IMG/VR virus record: IMGVR_UViG_3300042540_000949 | Coordinates: 15,061-79,060 of that record | Reading direction: 5' to 3' (one strand) | Source of the DNA: a virus | DNA: 64,000 nucleotides | In this document: one piece after another, positions 30,679 to 40,553 of the stretch | Layout: each line of letters opens with the position of its first letter | How positions within the stretch are numbered: position 1 is the first letter of the stretch | The notes under the pieces: model-generated | Told to the model about the DNA's origin: nothing | What the model saw: only the letters and a program-made list of their open reading frames with translations | Databases searched by the model: none | Program-made: the position numbers and the translations under genes

Positions 30679-32652
30679 TTATGGTGTTCCTGTATCGCAG
30701 CATCCGTCAACTACGTTTTCTGCTATAAAGTAATACAAAACATTTTCACCATCGGTATATTTGCATATTTTGGCTATGTGATAAATGTCACCACCAGTTC
30801 CCGGTGTAAATGTACTTGATGATTCACCGATAGGTCTATAATTAAACCCACTGGGCAAACAAGAAGGAACCCAACCAGGTGCCAAATAATTTCCTGTTGT
30901 ACCACGTTCATTTAGATTTATAGCCCAAGTTTCATCTTGAGTTGGAGAAGACGCTAACCCCGAAGGCTTCCAATTTTCAATTTGATGGAAGTAAATTCCT
31001 CCACATGCGCCACACGCCCCGCATGCACCTCCCGCCCCACAAGCACCACACGCACCAGAACTTCCAGAAAACTGCAATTCGTTCCATCTATAACGATATA
31101 TATTTGCCCCTGACGTTCCTTTAGTTGAATCTAATTCATATCTAGTTAATGCGGCAAAGAAACAGTTTTCTCCACTTTCTTTTCCCATGCAACATAGTAC
31201 ATAACCAACAAAGTTTTGTAATTCTATTTTTCTGTATAACTCTAATTGCTTTTGTGCACCACAAAGACCCTTTTCAAATGAACGATATCTTCCGTTAATG
31301 ACTTTTTGTAAATTTGTATTTACACCAATAATTCCGCCAGCATCTGGATAATTTGGATCCAGTGGAGTCAAATCAAACATATTTTTCCACATTTCGGTGT
31401 TGTCAACGTAAGGCATATAACCGGAAGATCCCATCAAATTCATATTTTTATATGCCGAATCAGTTCCAAATACTTGTCCTATGTGAGTTAAATGACTAAC
31501 ATGATTCATGGAGTCTAGATCGTCATAATAACCCCAGTGATTTGTATAGTGCAATTGATCTGATCCTGGGATTGCAGTCGCCCCCGGTGCTGTTGTTATC
31601 AATTCAATGTTATATTTTTGTCCTTCATCTTGGTATTGATATGACAAATCAGAATAAATTCGTAAATCTTTTTCTCCATTATCTGCACACAAACCGGGTG
31701 GCAAAACATCCAACACCTTTGGAGTTTTTCTAATGTAATAGTAATTTTTTGAAATGAATTGATATGCTGGATCTGTACTGAAGAAATAAATTTTTCTATA
31801 CAGTTTTGTTGGATCTATTCCAGAGCCTGCTGGTGGTGTCATTTTTTGCAAAACAGCTTCACCATCATAGATACCAAAATTTCTATTATTTGTATAAACT
31901 ATTCCATTTACAACAGATGTTGTTCGATTGTCTATATTTCCAAAAGAAGGATCGGAATTTAGTTTATCATCATATCTAAATGCCTTAAAATTAACTGTTC
32001 CATCAAATTCAGTCCAAAACATGTAAGTAGGTAATCTACTATTATATTCTAAAGCATTTGTAGTAAGATAATTTAAGTAATTTAACGCATTGTCCGATAC
32101 CATTTCTTCGCGGGAATCCATGGTATTAATTGGGCGATACAAAACATAGTTTGAAGTAATATCATTGTATCCACCACTGTAACCAAAAAAACTGGATTTT
32201 ACTCTAGCAACAAAATCATGAATAAATTCTACTGATGGTTTTTTGTTTCCCAATAGTTGGTTTAAAGAAGTTTGTTGTGCTTTTTTGTAATAGGTGTTTG
32301 TAAAATATATGCCAACAAAGTTTTCTTCTGTTTCCGATGCTGCGTTGTTTAAGTAACTTACGCTAGTGATATCTAAATTCCACACATTTGAATTAAAAAA
32401 TTCAACATAAATTTTAGATATTTCAAATTGTTTTATTCTTGAGACAATGTCCTTGGTATCTCTTACAATCAAAACTCCATTTGGAAAAATGTCATTGACA
32501 TTTTCAACAAACTCAATTCTTTCAAATTGACATTCTGTGTTTTGTCTTAAAATATTAAGTCGAACAGTAGTTGATGGAATAGACTCATCATCAAGGTAAA
32601 TGGCCTTAATAGTAGAATATGCAGGATTATACTGTGATTGTGTGTTTGCCAT
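30679..32652 (-). CDS. Baseplate hub protein, N-terminal part (gp27-like), with GAC repeats
   Basis: IEFVENVNDIFPNGVLIVRD, YMFWTE...NFK; GACGACGAGGACGACGACGG tract. Confidence 0.5.
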   Translation of the reverse strand: MANTQSQYNPAYSTIKAIYLDDESIPSTTVRLNILRQNTECQFERIEFVENVNDIFPNGVLIVRDTKDIVSRIKQFEISKIYVEFFNSNVWNLDITSVSYLNNAASETEENFVGIYFTNTYYKKAQQTSLNQLLGNKKPSVEFIHDFVARVKSSFFGYSGGYNDITSNYVLYRPINTMDSREEMVSDNALNYLNYLTTNALEYNSRLPTYMFWTEFDGTVNFKAFRYDDKLNSDPSFGNIDNRTTSVVNGIVYTNNRNFGIYDGEAVLQKMTPPAGSGIDPTKLYRKIYFFSTDPAYQFISKNYYYIRKTPKVLDVLPPGLCADNGEKDLRIYSDLSYQYQDEGQKYNIELITTAPGATAIPGSDQLHYTNHWGYYDDLDSMNHVSHLTHIGQVFGTDSAYKNMNLMGSSGYMPYVDNTEMWKNMFDLTPLDPNYPDAGGIIGVNTNLQKVINGRYRSFEKGLCGAQKQLELYRKIELQNFVGYVLCCMGKESGENCFFAALTRYELDSTKGTSGANIYRYRWNELQFSGSSGACGACGAGGACGACGACGGIYFHQIENWKPSGLASSPTQDETWAINLNERGTTGNYLAPGWVPSCLPSGFNYRPIGESSSTFTPGTGGDIYHIAKICKYTDGENVLYYFIAENVVDGCCDTGTP

Positions 32653-32655
32653 TAC

Positions 32656-33498
32656 TCATGAATATTTAGTGGTCACATACAAACCCTTCAGAACACCAAT
32701 CTGTTCTGGGAGGTAGGCATTTATGTTTTTTGATTGTTGTTCCACTACTTGAACTTCAGTGACATCTATGGGCGTAGAAGATGTCGTTGTAGTAGTTGTT
32801 GTCGATTTAGTTGATGATGTTTTTGTTTTTCTGGAAGAAACCAGTTCTTCAATTTTTCCTTCTTCTGAAAGTTCTACTTTTACAACTTCCTTTGTAGCAC
32901 TTTTTGAGTTGGTTGGATAAAATTGTTTTTGAATCGTATATGTTCCACCAGAAGTTGGAGAGATGATAACAATGTTTGAACCAGTTAATCCATCTTGCAA
33001 AATAAATGAATATGTTGCACCCCTTTGATCCTTGATGATCATCGTGTCTTTGTAGTAATGAACACTTTCAATTATTGAGAGTGGACCATTTAAGTCAAAG
33101 TTTCCAACCGACTTATAGGAATAAGATCCACCAGTATTTAAAACATAGGGAGCTATGATGCTTCCTTTTGGGAAGGTAAATGCAGTTGCTCCTGTTGGTG
33201 AATCTGTAATTTTTAAAGTTGTCTTTACTTCATTTTCTTCAATGTAAATTGTTGTATTCGGAACAGGCAAAGTAAATGGATTAATTGTTTTATTTGCCAA
33301 GACAAACATCCAAAAGGAATTAATGTCAGAATAAACCGTGTATGCTTTTTCAAGAAGAGTCGATTTAGTATCAATTGTTACGGGAGAAACACTGATGTTA
33401 GCCAAATTTGGATCAATGTAAGTAAAAAAATCAGATATGGAAAAAGTTCCAATCGTTGATTCAAATGGCTTTGATGGAATATTTGCAAAATATTTCAT
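32656..33498 (-). CDS. Baseplate wedge gp53-like
   Basis: MKYFANIP, AYTVYSD..FWMFVLAN..INPF. Confidence 0.7.
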   Translation of the reverse strand: MKYFANIPSKPFESTIGTFSISDFFTYIDPNLANISVSPVTIDTKSTLLEKAYTVYSDINSFWMFVLANKTINPFTLPVPNTTIYIEENEVKTTLKITDSPTGATAFTFPKGSIIAPYVLNTGGSYSYKSVGNFDLNGPLSIIESVHYYKDTMIIKDQRGATYSFILQDGLTGSNIVIISPTSGGTYTIQKQFYPTNSKSATKEVVKVELSEEGKIEELVSSRKTKTSSTKSTTTTTTTSSTPIDVTEVQVVEQQSKNINAYLPEQIGVLKGLYVTTKYS

Positions 33499-33500
33499 GA

Positions 33501-34340
33501 TTATGCACTAGGCCCAAAGACGGCATAAGAAATTTCAGATTTGGACAAAATTGCACCTTGACCATATTCTGTAGGTATTCCGGGTGCATATGTTCCGGTT
33601 TCGAATTCAGTAAAGAGCAATCCAAGAAGGGTGACTGAAGATGCACCGTTTGGGAGATATCGTACCACGCTGTCAGCATCATCGTTCTTTTTGACAAACA
33701 CGTTTTGGAGAACACAAACCAATGGCTCTCCAAGCCAATTTGCGGTTAAATTTCCTTCACCACCAAATGCAGGAACGTTTCCTTTAGTTACAGCCATAGT
33801 CCAAAGACCTTGTGGATAAGTTCTTTCGGGCAGATCAGCAACTTGTGGATAAGATGCTTTTCTAAATGACCCAACAATTTGTTCTACATTCAATGATTCT
33901 TCTGGGGTTTTTGGAACAAAGATATATTGAAAGGAATATTGTTTTCTTCCTTCAGATACCATGGTGGCTTCGGCTATATTGCTAAATCTTCGGTAGGTTG
34001 ATGTGGCAAACATTCTTTCATGGAAGAAAAGCATTGGTTGCAACATTCTTGACAACATTTGAACTCCACCTTCACCAAACATGTTTCCACCCATATTGGC
34101 AACACCAGCGCGAGTTAAAATGGGTCCAACAGGATTGTTGTTGCTTTCACCAAAGTTATGTTGGATTTGGTATCCGGGTTCCTTTGGCATGGGGAGTTTA
34201 ATGTGAATTTGAGCCCGGTCAACCACCCCTGCACGGGTTCTTTCACTATTTTTTAATGAGTAAGGTGCAGCGTAAAAGTTCAACCATAATGGTTGTTCTT
34301 GTTCATATATTCCCAATGGATACTGATATCTTGAAGCCAT
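33501..34340 (-). CDS. Baseplate tail tube cap gp48-like
   Basis: IKLPMP, RKQYSFQYIFVPKTPEES, FTEFE. Confidence 0.75.
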   Translation of the reverse strand: MASRYQYPLGIYEQEQPLWLNFYAAPYSLKNSERTRAGVVDRAQIHIKLPMPKEPGYQIQHNFGESNNNPVGPILTRAGVANMGGNMFGEGGVQMLSRMLQPMLFFHERMFATSTYRRFSNIAEATMVSEGRKQYSFQYIFVPKTPEESLNVEQIVGSFRKASYPQVADLPERTYPQGLWTMAVTKGNVPAFGGEGNLTANWLGEPLVCVLQNVFVKKNDDADSVVRYLPNGASSVTLLGLLFTEFETGTYAPGIPTEYGQGAILSKSEISYAVFGPSA

Positions 34341-34348
34341 CTCTATAC

Positions 34349-34372
34349 TATTTAGATAAAATTACCTAAATA
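34349..34372. promoter_or_regulatory. Divergent late-type TAAATA promoters (gp48 / gp4)
   Basis: Minus TAAATA 34354-34349, 8 nt before ATG; plus TAAATA 34367-34372, 5 nt before ATG. Confidence 0.65.
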
Positions 34373-34377
34373 TTTTT

Positions 34378-34809
34378 ATGGCATATAAGACCAAATTTAT
34401 ACCCACAAACAAGGAAAAATATGTAGGGGATGTAGGCAAGATAACATGCAGATCCTTGTGGGAAAGGAATGTATGCAAATTTTGTGATCAAACCCCAAAT
34501 GTATTAAAGTGGTCTTTTGAAGAAATTATAGTACCTTATACAAGCCCTCTTGACAGAAAACAACATAACTATTTTCCAGACTTTGTAATTCAATTCAAAA
34601 ATGATTCTGGAATAAACACTTGGATGGTTGAAGTTAAACCTAAAAAACAAACAGTATTGAAAGAAAATGCATCAAAGAAGGAAAAAATTACTTGGATTAT
34701 CAATAATGCAAAGTGGGATGCTGCCAAGAAGTATTGTGAAAAAAACAACATGGAATTCAAAATAATCACAGAAAAAGAAATTTTTTCAAATGCCAACACC
34801 AATTATTGA
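34378..34809 (+). CDS. Head completion nuclease gp4 (TnsA-like)
   Basis: KYVGD, RSLWE, W..EE..VPY, YFPDF, EVKP, N.AKW.AA. Confidence 0.93.
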   Translation: MAYKTKFIPTNKEKYVGDVGKITCRSLWERNVCKFCDQTPNVLKWSFEEIIVPYTSPLDRKQHNYFPDFVIQFKNDSGINTWMVEVKPKKQTVLKENASKKEKITWIINNAKWDAAKKYCEKNNMEFKIITEKEIFSNANTNY

Positions 34810-35368
34810 TATCAAACAATTTTTTGATCGTCATAATGGCCTTCAAAGAGATAATCGTTTCTCAGTGAGTTTTGAAGGACTGCCTCAAGGTTTGCCTAGT
34901 TTAGGTGAACCCGGAAACAGTTTAAAAACAGCAATGGTTGAAATGGGAACCAGAGCAATGGACACGGTGGCAGATAACTTAATTGGTTATGGTCCGGGAA
35001 GAATGGTTCCTCGGTATCAAAAATTTCCAGGTGGAGTATTATTGACCATACCTGTAACAAACGATCACCATGCAACAAATTTTTTCAATGCTTGGTTTAA
35101 TCTTCTTTACGGTGGTGGAAGACTAAGAGGGGCGCTTTCATCACCATTTCAATTGACATGGTACCACGAAACCATCTATCCAACAAAAATGATTGTAGAT
35201 GCCTTAGATCCAAATGGAAATGTCAATCGCAAATTTACGTTTTTTGAAGTGTACCCCATGGAAACAATTCCATTTCAATTTTCCATGGAAAACAATAATC
35301 AGTTTTTAAAATATAGTATTTTGATGAACTATAGAGAATTTACAATGAGTGAGCAATTAAATGCCTAA
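34790..35368 (+). CDS. Baseplate tail tube initiator gp54-like
   Basis: GLQRDNRF, FFNAWFN, EVYP, YRE; tube-like fold motifs. Confidence 0.7.
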   Translation: MPTPIIDIKQFFDRHNGLQRDNRFSVSFEGLPQGLPSLGEPGNSLKTAMVEMGTRAMDTVADNLIGYGPGRMVPRYQKFPGGVLLTIPVTNDHHATNFFNAWFNLLYGGGRLRGALSSPFQLTWYHETIYPTKMIVDALDPNGNVNRKFTFFEVYPMETIPFQFSMENNNQFLKYSILMNYREFTMSEQLNA

Positions 35369-36032
35369 TACAAATATATTCGATAATATTAATAATTTTA
35401 TTCAAACGTATGAAACAACTTTGCCTTTTTCTCAAAAAAAGGTTTCATTTAGACCCTTTAGAGTAAAGGATGCCAAAATACTTGGTCTGATTCTTCAGGA
35501 AGACAACAAAAAATTGGCTTTCAAAAACATGGTAGAATTGTTGAAAAACACAACTACCGAAGCTGAGATTGATGATCTTTGTTTAGCCGATGCAGAATAC
35601 TTATTCCTGCAAATAAGATCCAAAAGTGTCGATGAGATATTGAATTTGGTGTACCAAGAAGAAAAGATACAAGTTCAAATTGCAGACATAAAGTATAGAA
35701 ATCAAATTGCAGAACAGGAAATTTCAATAGGTCCAAACATTTCTTTGGTATTGAGAACACCAACTGTAAAAGATTTGCTAAGACTTGAAACCTTTGACAA
35801 ACAAGAATATGGTAAAGCCTGCATTGAAAAAATTATCGCAAATGGTGAAATATACAAACTAAACAAGTTTGTTACCGAAGACATCAAATCATCAATAGAC
35901 AATCTTCCTCTTTCCGTATTGTCAAAAATAGATGTATTTTTAAAGAAACAACCTGAACTATACATCAACTTGCAGTTGACTGATGAACAAAAGGAGGTAT
36001 CTGGTCTTCTAAATTTTTTTACCTTTCGGTAA
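35361..36032 (+). CDS. Baseplate hub assembly protein gp26
   Basis: YETTLP, FRPFRVK, D.EYLFLQIRSKSV.E, C-terminal GLLNFF. Confidence 0.88.
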   Translation: MPNTNIFDNINNFIQTYETTLPFSQKKVSFRPFRVKDAKILGLILQEDNKKLAFKNMVELLKNTTTEAEIDDLCLADAEYLFLQIRSKSVDEILNLVYQEEKIQVQIADIKYRNQIAEQEISIGPNISLVLRTPTVKDLLRLETFDKQEYGKACIEKIIANGEIYKLNKFVTEDIKSSIDNLPLSVLSKIDVFLKKQPELYINLQLTDEQKEVSGLLNFFTFR

Positions 36033-36226
36033 AGTTTATTGATCTGAGAGATTATTTCAGCACAAACTTTACCATGATGAACAATTTTTCTTGGTCTTTG
36101 CAAGACATAGAAAACATGGTTTATTGGGAAAGAGAAATATATGTTAAGTTGATTGCTGAATTCAAACAGAAAAAAGAGCAGCAAATGATGGAACAGATGT
36201 ACAAACAAAATTACAATAGCCTATGA
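36011..36226 (+). CDS. gp51-like hub assembly catalyst in the -1 frame of gp26 (first ATG at 36074)
   Basis: Manual translation ...DLRDYFSTNFTMMNNFSWSLQDIENMVYWEREIYVKLI...; slippery AAATTTTTTT at 36011-36020. Confidence 0.75.
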   Translation, partial: KFFYLSVKFIDLRDYFSTNFTMMNNFSWSLQDIENMVYWEREIYVKLIAEFKQKKEQQMMEQMYKQNYNSL

Positions 36227-36672
36227 ACGAAGAAAAAGAACAAATTACAGAAAATAGATTCTCTTTGGATATGCAAACAGAGATTCAGGCAATGACTCCA
36301 CTTATTGAGCCTGATCCATTATTGCCTTCCGATATTGTAAACATACTTCCTAGCATTGAACTTTCTGAGAGTGTTCCGTTTACGGCAACCGAAATCAAAA
36401 TAGGAAGTGCTGCAAAAGCACAATTTGCAGAAATTAGTGGGTTGGACTATTCTGTAACCGATACTGAAATGCTAACCAAGCAGTTTAGTGGCATGGAAAC
36501 CAAAATCAAAGAACTTCAAGGTGGTTTTCAGGATTTGTACAGCAATGCAAAAAATCCAAATTTACCAAATAGTGAAACAGATGATTTTGAGGAAAGACCG
36601 ACTACTGAACCAAGAAACTTGATATTTGATGAACGGCGTGCCAAAATGAGTGAGCCACCAAGTTGGGCATAA
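36223..36672 (+). CDS. Hypothetical protein
   Basis: ATGA-coupled to gp51; ends before a terminator. Confidence 0.65.
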   Translation: MNEEKEQITENRFSLDMQTEIQAMTPLIEPDPLLPSDIVNILPSIELSESVPFTATEIKIGSAAKAQFAEISGLDYSVTDTEMLTKQFSGMETKIKELQGGFQDLYSNAKNPNLPNSETDDFEERPTTEPRNLIFDERRAKMSEPPSWA

Positions 36673-36674
36673 AT

Positions 36675-36703
36675 AAAAAAAGCCCCCTTTCGGGGGCTTT
36701 TTT
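36675..36703. terminator. Bidirectional intrinsic terminator
   Basis: A7-GCCCCC-TTTC-GGGGGC-T6 between convergent genes. Confidence 0.9.
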
Positions 36704-37560
36704 CAATCGTTCTCCATTTCGGAGAAGTACTGCAGAGGATCTTTCTCTTCAACATTTTCCACAACTGAAGATTCCTCCACATCGTCTTCGATGCTCTTGG
36801 ACTCAGTAAACTGAGCGCGAATATCGTCACCGACAGACTTCTTGAACCTAGCGTTCAGTTCATCAAAGCTCTTGAACTGGCTCTTGTCCACAAACGGCTT
36901 GAGGGGATATTGCTTCTTCCATAGTTCCTCAAGTTTCTTGTCATCACCACCAAGAAGTGGTGCAGGGGTTGCAAACTCGCTGCGATCATAGTTTACATAC
37001 CCACCGACATTACGGATCTTGATCTTAAAATCCGCACCTGTCCAGAAGTTGAACGGATCAACCGCAACCTCATCCTGAAACTCGGGATGGGCGAGGCTCT
37101 GAATCTTCTGGAAGATCTTCGTTCCATACTGGTAGAGGAAGACCTTGCCCTTGTTCTCGGGGTTTGCAGGATCTTCAACGACCAAGATATTGGAAATATA
37201 GGTCAACTTGCGCTTTCTCTGACGAGCAATGTTCTTGTCGTCTTCGATACCACTGTTCCACAGTTCTGTGTTTGCGGCACAGACTGGGCATTTCTCGCCA
37301 ATCGTAGTAGGGCAGTTCTCGTAGAACCACCCACCCTTGCCCTTAAAGGTGTGGCTATAGACAGCCACGAAGGGAGTCTCCTCTCCTTCGACTTCGGGAA
37401 GAAAGCGGATAACAGCGTATCCGTTTCCAGCCTTGTCGATTCCCGGCTTCCAAATCCGTTCATCCTTGTAACTTTCCTTTGCGTTCATCTTCTCCAAACG
37501 CTCAGAAAGTTGTGCGACCGAGTTCTTACTCTTCTTTTTAAAATCTGAAAAATTTCCCAT
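36703..37560 (-). CDS. Single-stranded DNA-binding protein gp32
   Basis: DKAGNGYAVIRFLP, ENCPTT...CPVC, Y.SNILVV.DP.NPEN.GKVF, NYDRSEF. Confidence 0.96.
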   Translation of the reverse strand: MGNFSDFKKKSKNSVAQLSERLEKMNAKESYKDERIWKPGIDKAGNGYAVIRFLPEVEGEETPFVAVYSHTFKGKGGWFYENCPTTIGEKCPVCAANTELWNSGIEDDKNIARQRKRKLTYISNILVVEDPANPENKGKVFLYQYGTKIFQKIQSLAHPEFQDEVAVDPFNFWTGADFKIKIRNVGGYVNYDRSEFATPAPLLGGDDKKLEELWKKQYPLKPFVDKSQFKSFDELNARFKKSVGDDIRAQFTESKSIEDDVEESSVVENVEEKDPLQYFSEMEND

Positions 37561-37605
37561 ACTGTTCTTTCCCCAAGGATCTACCTTGGCCTAAATGACT
37601 GACGA

Positions 37606-37633
37606 ATTATACAAGCAACTCCAGGTCAGTCAA
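37606..37633 (-). promoter_or_regulatory. 16-bp-spacer promoter of gp32 (TTGACT-16-TATAAT)
   Basis: -35 37633-37628, -10 37611-37606; leader hairpin CCAAGG-TAGAT-CCTTGG. Confidence 0.7.
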
Positions 37634-37859
37634 CTGGAAGTTTTTTGTTTTTGTTTTTTTTCAATAGATGCAAATTTTTGGCTTCCTGTTCAATCTTCTC
37701 AACAAGAGGCTTTGTCAAAAGTTTGCCAGCAGCAATAGGATCAAGACTCATTTCATCTGCCAGTTCAAGTACACAATCCATAAACGACAGATTGGTGCTT
37801 AAAGTTCGCTCTATCACCTTGTTTGAAAATTTTTCCTTTGCTGTGTCGTCTATATACAT
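37626..37859 (-). CDS. Late transcription coactivator gp33
   Basis: FS..V, SFMDCVL, L.EKIE.EA..L.LL, KLP; upstream of gp32. Confidence 0.8.
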   Translation of the reverse strand: MYIDDTAKEKFSNKVIERTLSTNLSFMDCVLELADEMSLDPIAAGKLLTKPLVEKIEQEAKNLHLLKKNKNKKLPVD

Positions 37860-37865
37860 GTTTAT

Positions 37866-37893
37866 ACTATATGTCGAATTAATAAAAAAGCAA
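37866..37893 (-). promoter_or_regulatory. 16-bp-spacer leaderless promoter of gp33 (TTGCTT-16-TATAGT-6-ATG)
   Basis: -35 37893-37888, -10 37871-37866, ATG 37859. Confidence 0.65.
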
Positions 37894-37948
37894 TAATTGA
37901 ATCCATCTAAATATTCTAGAACTATTTATACCACTTTAAGGAACAAAA

Positions 37949-38932
37949 ATGGCATTTGACTCAGACCCAAACGTATTAATTGAATCAGGTGGAAACACCT
38001 TCAATGTAGCAACAGACGCAATTGTGTTCTCTGGGGCAACCTCTCACTTCCAATACATGAAGTTGGCATATGGGCCTACTGGCTCCGTATCCATCGTAAG
38101 CAACTCCAACGGTCTTCCTGTCAGTGTTATTGGAGGAGGTATTACAGCCAATCTAGTGGGCTTCTGTGGGGCCGTACAAGGTATTCCCGGTGGAACTCCG
38201 GTAACCGTGAGTGGAACCGTATATGCAACAGGAATCACATCTGCACCTGTTTATGTCAGAACTTCAAGTGGTTATCAAGTAGAAATTACAGGTGGGACAC
38301 CGCTATCAAGAACCAAGGATTCTATTTCTGTTTGGGGTCCAAATGGCATAACTTATGTTTATGCTAATTTTGTAGATTCAACTGGAACAGAAAAAGGAAC
38401 TGTAAGTAATCCTTTTTATACCAATATAATTGGTGCAACAATTAATGTAACAGTAAATCCAACTGTTGGTGTAACAAACGACTCTCCAAATAATGGTCTG
38501 CGTGTTCAAGGGATGAGCGGTGGTGATAATGTCCGAGTACAAGTTCAAAATACTGTTACAGTCAACGACACAAATATTCTTTCTAGTCTTTCAGGAATAT
38601 GCGCCGCAATCGGGGCATTGAATACTAATCTTTCAACTGTTGGGGCAGCAAGACCTACAACAATAAAGACTGGTAGAGTTTCTTCAGTTTTTTCAACTCC
38701 TCAACAAATTGATTCATCTGGATTTACTTGCCAAAGTGGAATTAATTTCAAAGCACTTTCAACAAATACAGATTTTGTCTATCTTGGAAATACCGCCACA
38801 TCTTCAGCACTCATTGCTAACGGAATTGCTTTGGATCCGGGCGACCAAGTATTCGTGTCAATAACCAATACAAATAACTTCTACATGGTTGCTGCAAGCG
38901 GAACACAAACAATAACTTACATGGCTTCGTGA
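37949..38932 (+). CDS. Putative virion structural protein (G/T/S/V-rich)
   Basis: TAAATA at 37908, SD; beta-rich composition; many GxT/S/C-G/A motifs. Confidence 0.7.
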   Translation: MAFDSDPNVLIESGGNTFNVATDAIVFSGATSHFQYMKLAYGPTGSVSIVSNSNGLPVSVIGGGITANLVGFCGAVQGIPGGTPVTVSGTVYATGITSAPVYVRTSSGYQVEITGGTPLSRTKDSISVWGPNGITYVYANFVDSTGTEKGTVSNPFYTNIIGATINVTVNPTVGVTNDSPNNGLRVQGMSGGDNVRVQVQNTVTVNDTNILSSLSGICAAIGALNTNLSTVGAARPTTIKTGRVSSVFSTPQQIDSSGFTCQSGINFKALSTNTDFVYLGNTATSSALIANGIALDPGDQVFVSITNTNNFYMVAASGTQTITYMAS

Positions 38933-38933
38933 A

Positions 38934-40232
38934 ATGCCTTTTAATAATACCCTTAACAATGTAAGAACATATAAAAATTATGGCCTCATTGTTGAAGGCA
39001 ACACTTATGATCCAATTTTTACAAAAGGTTGGATTCAATCATCCCCAAACATTTTAATTAATGGTCAAACATGTTATTTGGATTATTCACATTCATATGA
39101 CACTTCTGATGTTGTTTATTTAAAAAGAACCTTTGGAAAAATTGCAGTAGGAAATACCTTTTACTTTCAAGATACAAATTATTTTGATCCAAAAACCGAT
39201 AATAAATTCAATCTAGGTGGAACATTAACTTTTCAAAGCACACTAAACAATGGAAAAATTGTAATTGCAAATATTGTTTCTGGAATGACACCCGGAACAA
39301 ATTATAATTTTTTTGACAAAGAAAACTTTTTAAAATCACCACAGTATACATTTACTAATACAACAGGATATACAGCAAATTATATTTTAAATAGTTTACC
39401 AAATGTAACCCATACAAGTTTTAAAACCATGGGAATTTTGGGAAATGAGTTGGGCTTTGAGGAATACATAGATTTTTCCGGTGCTACTGGAATTAACTAT
39501 GGAAGATTACAGGTTTCCGGAACAGTCACACTAAAAGATGAACAAGAATTATTGTATATCTTGAGTGGCGTTACATCACAATCATTGATTAATAATACAA
39601 CTTTGATTAAACATTATATTCGTGGTTCATCAAGTGTAGAGGAAATACAACAACCAGAAAGTGTTTTAGGTATTTACAGAATTCATGATGAATCAAATAA
39701 ATTAATAGAATGTTATGAAAATCAAAATTATTATCAAACTTTTTTAAGAAAACAAATTTTAGGTTCTACTTACTCTGGTTACTGGGTACAATGTGAAACT
39801 TGTCCGAATGACATTTATGGAGAAAATATTTCTACAGATGGAGTTCAGTCAAATTTATTATTTGATAATAACGTATTTTTGTTTATCAATCAAATATCAA
39901 GAAATGTCGCTACAAGTATAATACCAACAACTTCTTACGGAGTCTTTACACAAAGACTCTTAACTGGAACTCCACAAAGCGCCTCAAGACTTTCTTTTTC
40001 TGTTTCAGTCGGTCTCAAAATAGATTTGAGCCATGCATCATTGCAGGGGTGGGATTTTCAAATTTATATCGATCCAAACTATACCATTCCTCTTACTACA
40101 AGCATGTATATATCAGGTAAACCTGGATACGATCAATCGTATGTATTGATCAAAAATAATCAAGATGTTCCCAGAACACTTTATTGTAAATTAGTAGGAT
40201 TTACAACTCTTACTATGGTATTCAACATTTAA
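38934..40232 (+). CDS. Hypothetical, probably structural protein
   Basis: Long ORF co-oriented with the previous gene. Confidence 0.65.
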   Translation: MPFNNTLNNVRTYKNYGLIVEGNTYDPIFTKGWIQSSPNILINGQTCYLDYSHSYDTSDVVYLKRTFGKIAVGNTFYFQDTNYFDPKTDNKFNLGGTLTFQSTLNNGKIVIANIVSGMTPGTNYNFFDKENFLKSPQYTFTNTTGYTANYILNSLPNVTHTSFKTMGILGNELGFEEYIDFSGATGINYGRLQVSGTVTLKDEQELLYILSGVTSQSLINNTTLIKHYIRGSSSVEEIQQPESVLGIYRIHDESNKLIECYENQNYYQTFLRKQILGSTYSGYWVQCETCPNDIYGENISTDGVQSNLLFDNNVFLFINQISRNVATSIIPTTSYGVFTQRLLTGTPQSASRLSFSVSVGLKIDLSHASLQGWDFQIYIDPNYTIPLTTSMYISGKPGYDQSYVLIKNNQDVPRTLYCKLVGFTTLTMVFNI

Positions 40233-40235
40233 AAT

Positions 40236-40263
40236 AAAAAACCCCGATTGCTCGGGGTTTTTT
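40236..40263. terminator. Bidirectional intrinsic terminator
   Basis: A-tract-CCCCGA-TTGC-TCGGGG-T-tract. Confidence 0.88.
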
Positions 40264-40287
40264 AGTCCAACAACTACTATCAAAAAT

Positions 40288-40524
40288 TTAGCGAGTTCTG
40301 TTTCGCATCACACGGTAATAGGAGCGGCCATTGCGGACCTCTCGGATCACGGTGTAGTTCATGTCGAAGCGGTCAAATGCCTCGCGCAGATCGTGCATCG
40401 TTGCACGCATGTTCTGCACACGGAAGCGCTTACGAGCCACGCCAGCCGTAAGAGGCGAACCGGAACGCATGAAATCAAACACTCTCTGAATCTTCGTCGG
40501 ACGATCAACTGTAGTAATTTCCAT
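40288..40524 (-). CDS. Small basic winged-helix-like DNA-binding protein
   Basis: RVFDFMRSG..LT...ARKRFRVQNMRATMHDLR...YYRV; SD AAGGA. Confidence 0.65.
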   Translation of the reverse strand: MEITTVDRPTKIQRVFDFMRSGSPLTAGVARKRFRVQNMRATMHDLREAFDRFDMNYTVIREVRNGRSYYRVMRNRTR

Positions 40525-40553
40525 AAAACATTCCTTTCTTAAGAAGTTGCTAA

